From the NCBI GenBank assembly GCA_965237675.1, contig OZ250150.1, positions 5,120,001-5,184,000 of the forward strand: a DNA stretch of 64,000 bases. The letters run 5' to 3'. The notes below the pieces were generated by a model. It was not told the DNA's origin, did no database searches, and saw only the letters and a list, made by a program, of their open reading frames with translations. A program made the translations under genes and the position numbers. Shown piece by piece: positions 10,407 through 17,326 of this stretch. Source of the DNA: Candidatus Latescibacterota bacterium (lineage in GTDB: Bacteria > Latescibacterota > UBA2968 > GCA-2709665). The number at the start of each line of letters is the position of its first letter. The stretch's first letter is position 1.

Positions 10407-11171
10407 ATGTCAGAAGATATCGGACTTATCCTGAAAAACTGGCCCTACGATCCGCAGAATAGCATTCGTAAAGTCATCGATCCCCGGGGCGTCGAAAAAA
10501 TCCAGGTGCGGGTGGACCAAGGCGCGTTTCAGGGCGTTTTGCAGATGGAACTGGACGGGCGACCCGACGGCCAGAAGCCCAACAATCAGACCTTTGTCCT
10601 GGACTACCACAAGAAACAGTTGCAGAAACACGTCGGCGCCTCCGGCTCGACAGCCGGCTTCAGCCTGGACGAGCATGCCTGTTCTGAGATCTTCGACGAA
10701 AGCAGGCGGATATACGAGCGATACGTATTTCTGCTCCAGATTCGAGACTACAACCGGGTTGTGCGTGATACCGAAAGAAATATGGAAGTGTTCCGCTTTG
10801 TAAATCAGTACGCTGAACGCGGAGAAGACCGGGACAACCTGGAAAAGTGGTGGCCCTACATTCTCAGAATCCACGCCGTCGCCAGGGTGATGATCGAAAC
10901 CCATCAAGAGGATTACGATACAGCCCTCGACATCATCCGGGACGCGCGGACGAAGATCGCGAACCTCGAGGATGTGGAGGCCGAAGCGTTCGAAATGGAA
11001 AAAAAGCGCTCTCAGGATTCCCTCAAAGAACTGGAAGAGGAAATACGAAGCAAACGCCCTCAGAGTCCCGCGGAGAAACTCAAAGAGGAATTGGCTCAAG
11101 CCGTTGAGGAAGAGGACTTTGAGCGCGCCGCAGCCATCCGGGACAAGATATGGGAGTTGGAAGAGAATTAG
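10407..11171 (+). CDS. UvrB/UvrC-motif (UVR) containing protein of unknown function
   Basis: C-terminal LKEELAQAVEEEDFERAAAIRDKI; N-terminal KIQVRVDQ...GVLQMELDGRPDG. Confidence 0.8.
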   Translation: MSEDIGLILKNWPYDPQNSIRKVIDPRGVEKIQVRVDQGAFQGVLQMELDGRPDGQKPNNQTFVLDYHKKQLQKHVGASGSTAGFSLDEHACSEIFDESRRIYERYVFLLQIRDYNRVVRDTERNMEVFRFVNQYAERGEDRDNLEKWWPYILRIHAVARVMIETHQEDYDTALDIIRDARTKIANLEDVEAEAFEMEKKRSQDSLKELEEEIRSKRPQSPAEKLKEELAQAVEEEDFERAAAIRDKIWELEEN

Positions 11172-11382
11172 TGTTCTGTCCCGGAAACAGATTGCAGAAA
11201 TTCGGCCGGTGTGTCGCCCGGCTCGCAAGGCGCCTGCGACCTGCCGAAGGTCGGCGAGCGCGTTACGACAAGCTCAACGCACGCAACGCAGTGAGACGGG
11301 ATGAACCGGCGCCTGCCTGTGCGTGCAGCCTCACGCACGCAGACAGGGATGAATGGTGACATAGTTCAGGAGCAGGGCACCA
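11169..11382. mobile_element. MITE-like element, copy 1
   Basis: Begins TAGTGTTCTGTCCCGGAAAC and ends with a degenerate inverted end GTTCAGGAGCAGGGCACCA. Both terminal blocks match the reverse complement of 22296-22410. Confidence 0.7.
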
Positions 11383-11627
11383 GGCCGAAGATTCCCGGGA
11401 ATATGCCCGTGTTCCGCCGGATGCCGGTATGGCCGTGCGTTTCCGTTCCATTTCGAGCATCACCAGGTGTAGAACAAGGGTGCGCCGCTTCAAAATAGTC
11501 AATTTCCGCGGCCATCTGCAAGACCTTTGACAAACGGCGACAAGCGGCAACGAACAAGGTTGTCGGGGAATTCATCTCCGGAACGGACGTGAGCGCCCGC
11601 GCGATTCCGCCCACGACCAAAAACTCC

Positions 11628-11656
11628 TTGACATTTCCATTCAAAACCAATACTTT
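11628..11656 (+). promoter_or_regulatory. sigma70-type promoter of the ilvB leader
   Basis: TTGACA-17 nt-TACTTT. Confidence 0.7.
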
Positions 11657-11664
11657 TCCTGAAA

Positions 11665-11850
11665 ATGCGGATCACGCTGACATCGAAGCGTCCGCCAACA
11701 GTTCGCCGGGGGCCGCGCTTCGAGTTCGAAAGGAATTCCCCTGCGGTGCTGATTTTACGCGATATGCCCGTTGCAGTCCCGGTAGACAATAGCGTAACCC
11801 GGAACGGCGGCCTTATTGTATCCGTATCCCGGCGGCGGCAGGGCTCGTAG
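11665..11850 (+). CDS. ilv attenuator leader peptide (alternative start 11764 gives 28 aa)
   Basis: Ile/Leu/Val clusters AVLIL, VAVPV and LIVSV precede the stop. The 3' end (GGCGGCAGGGCT) can pair with AGCCCGCCGTC in the terminator 5' arm. Confidence 0.7.
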   Translation: MRITLTSKRPPTVRRGPRFEFERNSPAVLILRDMPVAVPVDNSVTRNGGLIVSVSRRRQGS

Positions 11851-11878
11851 CCAGATTGGCAATTTCACAAATTCAGCC

Positions 11879-11912
11879 CGCCGTCGATGCCGATTCGACG
11901 GCGTTTTTCTTT
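11879..11912 (+). terminator. Attenuator terminator upstream of ilvB
   Basis: CGCCGTCGA-7 nt loop-TCGACGGCG followed by TTTTTCTTT. Confidence 0.8.
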
Positions 11913-12024
11913 GTGGGTTTACCCCGCGGATTGACGGATTGGCAGTACGTGCTTATATTGCTACGTGCTTATATTGCATTGAATAGTTATAAAATGCCTT
12001 CTTAAACTCAGGAGTATTCGGTAA

Positions 12025-13800
12025 ATGAAAAAGGGATCTGAGCAAATCCACGCTTCCGAAACCAACGGGCGCCCAGAACAGGAAGTGGGGCTCAGGGGCG
12101 TGTCTTCGGCCATCGCATCGCCAATGAAAGGCGCGGATATCCTGGTGGAAGCGCTGGTCAGGGAGGGTGTCGACGTCATCTTCGGATATCCTGGCGGCGC
12201 CAGCATGGAAATTCATCAGTCGCTCACACGTTCCAGGATCCGCAACGTACTGTGCCGGCACGAACAGGGTGAGATCTTTGCCGCGGAAGGATTTGCCAAG
12301 GCGTCGGGCAGGGTAGGCGTGTGTCTGGCCACGTCAGGGCCGGGAGCCACCAACCTGGTCACCGGGTTGGCGGATGCCAAGATGGATTCCGTTCCCCTGG
12401 TGGCAATCACGGGCCAGGTGGCGACACATGCGATGGGCGGCGACGCCTTTCAGGAGACGCCCATCGTGGAGGTCACCCGGCAAATTACCAAACACAACTT
12501 CCTGATCGACCGCGTAGAGGATATTCCACGCATTGTAAAGGAATCATTCTACATTGCAAAAACGGGCCGGCCCGGACCCGTCCTGGTCGATGTGCCGAAA
12601 GATATACAGCAGGCGCTGCACACTCCGGTCTGGCCGGAACGCGTGTCCATTCGAAGCTACAGTCCGCATATCCGCGCGGAAAGTGAAGCAATTGATGGCA
12701 TTGCCCGCGCCATCCGCGAATCCGAACGCCCCGTACTCTACGTCGGCGGCGGCGTGGTGGCTGCGGGCGCGGCCGAGCAACTTCGCGAACTGGTCCGCAA
12801 GACCAGTATTCCCGTGGTGCAAACGCTCATGGGTCTGGGCGTTTTCCCGGAAACCCATCCGCTCTCGCTCAGGATGGTTGGTATGCACGGCACCGTGTAC
12901 GCCAACTACGCGATCAACCATGCGGACCTGTTGCTGGCAATGGGCGTGCGTTTCGACGACCGCGTTACCGGCAAACTCGAGGAATTTTGCAAACACGGAA
13001 AAATCGTGCATGTCGACATCGACCCATCTGAGATTAACAAGAACAAAACCGCGCACATTCCTGTTGTCGGCGACGTTAAATACGCCCTCGAGGACCTGAA
13101 CAGACAGGTGGAGCCCGGAGACTACGCCGCCTGGCATGCCGAATTGGAAACCTGGCGACAGAAACATCCGCTCGCCTACCAGGAAACGGACGACGCGATC
13201 CTGCCGCAGCACGCCATAGATCTGCTGTACCGATTGACGGAAGGAAAGGCCGTGGTCTCTACCGGGGTGGGACAGCATCAGATGTGGGCCGCTCAGTATT
13301 ACCTCTTTGACGAACCTCGCAACTGGCTCACGTCGGGCGGTCTGGGCGCCATGGGTTTCGGTCTGCCCGCCGCCCTGGGCGCGCAACTGGCCAGACCGGA
13401 CGACCTGGTCGTCAACGTCGACGGCGACGGGAGCTTCGTGATGAACGTGCAGGAACTGGCCACTCTATATGTGGAAAAACTGCCCGTCAAGACCATCATC
13501 ATCAATAACCAGCATCTGGGTATGGTGGTTCAGTGGGAAGACCGATTCTACCAGAGCAACCGCGGACACACGTTCATAGGCGATCCGGACGGCGGCATCC
13601 ATCCCGATTTTGTCAAAATTGCCGAGGGCTTCGGGATTCCCGCAGAGCGGGTGGAACATAAGGGAGACCTACAGAGCGCCCTGGAACGCCTGCTGGAGAC
13701 ACCCGGCCCCTGCTTGCTCGACGTAATCGTTCCCTACCAGGAACATGTACTGCCCATGATTCCCGCCGGCCATACCTTTGCGGATATCATCACTGAGTGA
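12025..13800 (+). CDS. ilvB: Acetolactate synthase large subunit (biosynthetic)
   Basis: Motifs [34 protein letters not shown], and the TPP-binding DGDGSF...NN. Confidence 0.96.
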   Translation: MKKGSEQIHASETNGRPEQEVGLRGVSSAIASPMKGADILVEALVREGVDVIFGYPGGASMEIHQSLTRSRIRNVLCRHEQGEIFAAEGFAKASGRVGVCLATSGPGATNLVTGLADAKMDSVPLVAITGQVATHAMGGDAFQETPIVEVTRQITKHNFLIDRVEDIPRIVKESFYIAKTGRPGPVLVDVPKDIQQALHTPVWPERVSIRSYSPHIRAESEAIDGIARAIRESERPVLYVGGGVVAAGAAEQLRELVRKTSIPVVQTLMGLGVFPETHPLSLRMVGMHGTVYANYAINHADLLLAMGVRFDDRVTGKLEEFCKHGKIVHVDIDPSEINKNKTAHIPVVGDVKYALEDLNRQVEPGDYAAWHAELETWRQKHPLAYQETDDAILPQHAIDLLYRLTEGKAVVSTGVGQHQMWAAQYYLFDEPRNWLTSGGLGAMGFGLPAALGAQLARPDDLVVNVDGDGSFVMNVQELATLYVEKLPVKTIIINNQHLGMVVQWEDRFYQSNRGHTFIGDPDGGIHPDFVKIAEGFGIPAERVEHKGDLQSALERLLETPGPCLLDVIVPYQEHVLPMIPAGHTFADIITE

Positions 13801-13823
13801 ACGCTCATAACACGGATCAGCCG

Positions 13824-13854
13824 CCGGATGCTGTCCCACAGCATCCGGTTTTTT
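13824..13854 (+). terminator. Rho-independent terminator after ilvB
   Basis: CCGGATGCTGT-CCC-ACAGCATCCGG-TTTTTT. Confidence 0.85.
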
Positions 13855-13863
13855 ATATCCGCA

Positions 13864-13894
13864 GGGAACGACGGCCTTGCCGCGCCTGTCTAAG
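13864..13894 (+). promoter_or_regulatory. ECF sigma promoter (probably autoregulatory)
   Basis: GGGAACG-N17-GTCTAAG; identical boxes and spacing occur at 15968-15998. Confidence 0.75.
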
Positions 13895-14031
13895 AAATTG
13901 CGTAGACAGATTGCGGGCGAAGGGCCCGACCCGAAGGCAATACGCAGCCTTTTTTCGGATTGCTGCCGTTTGGCCCGTTTCAGTCTCCAAAAACATTGGT
14001 TTGGATCTATGTCTTGTTTCCGGGAGCCCGA

Positions 14032-14622
14032 ATGGCTGAGGATCTGGATCTCGTCAGACGCTGCCAGGAGGGAGACCACCAGGCATATCGCGTCCTTGTG
14101 GAACGTTACGAAGGGCGTCTCTACAACCTCGCATGTTCAATCTTGGGAGACCGGGAAGTCGCCCGGGATGCCGCACAGACAGCCTTCATTCGAGCATACC
14201 AGGCCCTGCCCCGATTCCGCGCTGACGCCGGCTTCTACACATGGCTCTACAGAATTGCCGTCAATGTCTGTCTCAACGCGGCCCAGAAAGAGAAACGCCG
14301 CCGGGATTCAACATCGCTCGACGACCTGCTGGAAACGGGACACTTTACTTCCGAACACCTGTGGGAACTTCAGACACCCGCCGGTAATTTCGAGCGGCTG
14401 CAGCTACAGGAAACCATCCAGGATTACCTGAATCATCTATCGCCTGAACATCGCATGGTTATCGTGCTTAAAGACATCGAAGGTTTCTCTCAGGAAGAAA
14501 TCTCGGAGACGCTGAATTGTTCGGTCGGTACGGTCAAGTCTCGTCTTTCTCGGGCCCGGGCACAACTAAGAGACCTTCTCCGGCCCGTATACGCCGAATG
14601 GAAGGATGGAACGTCGCCATGA
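14032..14622 (+). CDS. ECF RNA polymerase sigma factor (RpoE/SigW-like)
   Basis: Region 2 DAAQTAFIRAY and FYTWLYRIAVN; region 4 GFSQEEISETLNCSVGTVKSRLSRAR. Confidence 0.93.
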   Translation: MAEDLDLVRRCQEGDHQAYRVLVERYEGRLYNLACSILGDREVARDAAQTAFIRAYQALPRFRADAGFYTWLYRIAVNVCLNAAQKEKRRRDSTSLDDLLETGHFTSEHLWELQTPAGNFERLQLQETIQDYLNHLSPEHRMVIVLKDIEGFSQEEISETLNCSVGTVKSRLSRARAQLRDLLRPVYAEWKDGTSP

Positions 14623-15062
14623 CAGATTCCGAAGTGAAAAGCCTTCTACCCGACTACCTGGAATCCAACCTGCCGCCGGAACGGATGCGCCAGGTCGAAG
14701 CACACCTCTCCCTCTCGGAGGCCTGCCGGGAAGAACTGGTATTTCTCAAACGCATTCAAGGGCTGTTAGCATCCAGGCCCAGATCCGCATCCCCCAACCT
14801 GTGGCAGGGCATCGAGCGACATATTGTCCTCCAAAACCTTCAGGAGCCCTGGAATCAGTTTGAATGGGTCGGCAAGCGGTTCCTCCCTATCCTGGTTGCA
14901 GCGGTCCTGCTTCTGGCTGTTTTGGGCAACCTCACAACCGAAGCGCCCGCAGTCACCCTGGAAGACTATCTAAGGGCCCAGTGGGATGAGCCGGAAGCGC
15001 TAATGCTCTCCGACGCCGAACTCTCCCACGACGACGTCCTTCATATTCTGCAGACGAGGTAG
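14619..15062 (+). CDS. Membrane-anchored anti-sigma factor (zf-HC2-like, degenerate)
   Basis: ATGA overlap with the sigma gene; LLPDYL...VEAHLSLSEACREEL; one TM segment. Confidence 0.8.
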   Translation: MTDSEVKSLLPDYLESNLPPERMRQVEAHLSLSEACREELVFLKRIQGLLASRPRSASPNLWQGIERHIVLQNLQEPWNQFEWVGKRFLPILVAAVLLLAVLGNLTTEAPAVTLEDYLRAQWDEPEALMLSDAELSHDDVLHILQTR

Positions 15063-15065
15063 TTC

Positions 15066-15959
15066 ATGTTGAAAAATGCCACCCGCGCAAACGCCGCACT
15101 GCTGGCACTGGGCATTTTCGTCCTCGGAATCGTTGTTGGCGCAACGTACCATCGCTGGCTTCCCGATGGAAAAAGGCAATGGACGCGGGAACGTCCCGGA
15201 CGCCGCGGTGCTCCTCTTATGGGCGCAACTTCGGAACGCTTGCTTAAACGATACACCAGGAACCTTGAACTGACAGAGGACCAACAGGCGGAAATCGAGC
15301 GGATTCTGGATGAAAGCCGGAAGACCATGGGCGATGTACGGAAGGGAATTCGTGCAAGAATCGACTCGGTCACGCGGAAGACATGGGCCAGAATCCGTGA
15401 TGCTCTAAGGCCTGACCAACAGGAAAGATTCGACGAATTGACCAGCCCGGTGTCGCCGAAGAATATCCAGCGTCGTCTCGTCAAACGCCTCGAACTCAAC
15501 CAGGAACAACAGGCACAGGTATCACGAATCCTCAAGGAAAACTGGGCATGGATGCAAAAAATGCGCCGGGAAATCCGTGAGAAAATAAGGGCGAATGAAA
15601 AGAATACGTACACTGAAGTGTACAACGTGCTCACACCCGAACAAATGAAACAATACAAGATGAAGAAACCGGTTTCTTCACGTCGATTCTACCGCCGGTG
15701 GGACCTCGACCTATCGGACGAGCAGCGGGCGAAAATCGAACAGATCGAGAAGAAAAACCGTCAGGCAACACGCCGGCTGTTCCAGGAACGCGACGAGCAA
15801 CTCGCGTTGATCGCCGGCAAGACGTGGTCGGAAATCAAGACCCACCTCCATTCAGATCAGGTTGACGAGTTCGATCGAATCATCGAGGATATCGATGGAC
15901 GCATCGGATGGAAACGCCAGTTCAGACGCAGACCAGGAAGCAAGCCGTTCGCTTTCTGA
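15066..15959 (+). CDS. Spy/CpxP-like (LTXXQ) periplasmic protein with three repeats
   Basis: N-terminal TM; repeats LELTEDQ/LRPDQ, LELNQEQ/LTPEQ, LDLSDEQ/LHSDQ. Confidence 0.75.
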   Translation: MLKNATRANAALLALGIFVLGIVVGATYHRWLPDGKRQWTRERPGRRGAPLMGATSERLLKRYTRNLELTEDQQAEIERILDESRKTMGDVRKGIRARIDSVTRKTWARIRDALRPDQQERFDELTSPVSPKNIQRRLVKRLELNQEQQAQVSRILKENWAWMQKMRREIREKIRANEKNTYTEVYNVLTPEQMKQYKMKKPVSSRRFYRRWDLDLSDEQRAKIEQIEKKNRQATRRLFQERDEQLALIAGKTWSEIKTHLHSDQVDEFDRIIEDIDGRIGWKRQFRRRPGSKPFAF

Positions 15960-15967
15960 TCGTGCCG

Positions 15968-15998
15968 GGGAACGCGCGGATAAGACTCCCGGTCTAAG
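15968..15998 (+). promoter_or_regulatory. Second ECF sigma promoter
   Basis: GGGAACG-N17-GTCTAAG upstream of the CDS at 16131. Confidence 0.75.
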
Positions 15999-16130
15999 TT
16001 GTGAAGCCTTCGTTGTCCGTCCTCAAACCACCCGAAAATAGAAGACCTCTCTCCCGCGGGCAACCGCCCCAGGAACGACAGCCGGGGAAACTGAGTCCTC
16101 ACTAGCCGGGAAACCGAAAGGAGTCGAACC

Positions 16131-16646
16131 ATGAAACGTCTAGCTCTCATCGTTGCCATCGCCATTCCCATTGTTGTCATCGCCTTGGCACTACCCTCCA
16201 ACGCCCATCGCGGCAAACGTGGCTGGAAAGCCCGCGGAGTGCCGATGGCAGCCCTGGAACTCTCAGTAGAACAGCGGAGCCAATTGGAAGGTCTCGAACT
16301 GGAGCGGGCCAAACAGATGGCCCAACTGCGGGCCGACCTGAAAGTCGCCAGGCTGGACCTCCGTGCCACGATACGGCAAGACGCCCCTGACCCGGCCGAA
16401 GTCAAAGCGCGGGTAAACGCCGTCAACAACGCCCGATCCCTGATTCTGGAAAGCCGGGTCAACCACCGGCTTAAAGTCAACAGCGTCCTGTCCCCGGAGC
16501 AGCGGAACAAGCTTCGCGAAATCCGAAGGGATCGATCCCAAAAAGGATTCCACAAGATGTGGCGCAAAGATCGTTCCCAGAACCGTTTACGTGGAATGGG
16601 ACATCCCGGACCGGACCGCATCGACGATCGCCCCTCTTCGATTTGA
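16131..16646 (+). CDS. Spy/CpxP/ZraP-family periplasmic protein
   Basis: Signal peptide, LELSVEQ and VLSPEQR motifs, PDPAEVKA segment, SD AAGGAG. Confidence 0.82.
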   Translation: MKRLALIVAIAIPIVVIALALPSNAHRGKRGWKARGVPMAALELSVEQRSQLEGLELERAKQMAQLRADLKVARLDLRATIRQDAPDPAEVKARVNAVNNARSLILESRVNHRLKVNSVLSPEQRNKLREIRRDRSQKGFHKMWRKDRSQNRLRGMGHPGPDRIDDRPSSI

Positions 16647-16791
16647 CTGAACATGCCGGGAAAGAAAGGTTCCAGAAATGTCGCTTGGCAGATTTGCCGT
16701 CACTTCCGTCGTTGCCTCATTCACGCTCCTCGGGTGCGGAAACAAGATCCCGATCGACTCACCAACCGGGGCGGTAGAATCCCGAATTGCC

Positions 16792-16820
16792 TTGCCATCA
16801 CAAGGGTGAAGGTCTATCTT
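16792..16820 (+). promoter_or_regulatory. sigma70-type promoter of the valS leader
   Basis: TTGCCA-17 nt-TATCTT. Confidence 0.6.
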
Positions 16821-16864
16821 TCGGTGAATCTAAACGCTGAAACCTCAAACACAGAACGAAACCC

Positions 16865-16990
16865 ATGAACACCATCGGCCACAGGTTCCTGGATTTCTCG
16901 CTGCGGGGCAGCGTAAATGACGTCGTACGCCCTGTAATCGATTTGAATTCGGTCAATAGTCATAGGACTCCGTGGCGGATTGTGGTATAG
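16865..16990 (+). CDS. Val-rich leader peptide (41 aa) of valS
   Basis: MNTIGHRFLDFSLRGSVNDVVRPVIDLNSVNSHRTPWRIVV*, with 7 Val in the last 25 codons. It overlaps the antiterminator arm GGACTCCGTGGCGGATT. Confidence 0.7.
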   Translation: MNTIGHRFLDFSLRGSVNDVVRPVIDLNSVNSHRTPWRIVV

Positions 16991-17013
16991 CAGCGCAAAC
17001 GAAAAACATCAGT

Positions 17014-17050
17014 AACCCGCCATCGAGTCCACTCGATGGCGGGTTTTTTT
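17014..17050 (+). terminator. Attenuator terminator upstream of valS
   Basis: AACCCGCCATCGAG...CTCGATGGCGGGTT followed by a T-run. Confidence 0.88.
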
Positions 17051-17078
17051 ATTGCTATTCACACCTCAAGGAAACCTG

Positions 17079-17264
17079 ATGACGAGGCGAGAAGACAGAG
17101 TGCGGCAATCCGTACAGATGGCTACCGAATATGACCACCGGGAGGACAAACGGGCCAACCTCCTGGCCGCCGCAGAGGTACAATGCGACTGGCTGCGGTA
17201 GATAGGATTTCGGAATGTGGTCTGTTACTTCAAGATCCTCGAACTCGCCGTCTTCGACGGTTGA
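17079..17264 (+). pseudogene. C-terminal remnant of a class I SAM methyltransferase (CmoA-like)
   Basis: REDKRANLLAAAEVQCDWLR*IGFRNVVCYFKILELAVFDG*, with an in-frame TAG at 17199. Family recognised from memory. Confidence 0.6.
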
Positions 17265-17326
17265 AGATTACGTGGTACGGAACCAACGGATTCGGAGAAT
17301 GGGAAATTCCTCCCGGGAGAATCAGA

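Noticed and set aside
16860-17050. T-box riboswitch for valS
   Set aside because: No GGTGGNACC T-box or recognisable stem I; the leader-peptide model fits better.
17199-17201. In-frame TAG as pyrrolysine or recoding
   Set aside because: It lies in a gene fragment, TAG is used as a normal stop elsewhere in the window, and no pyl genes are seen.
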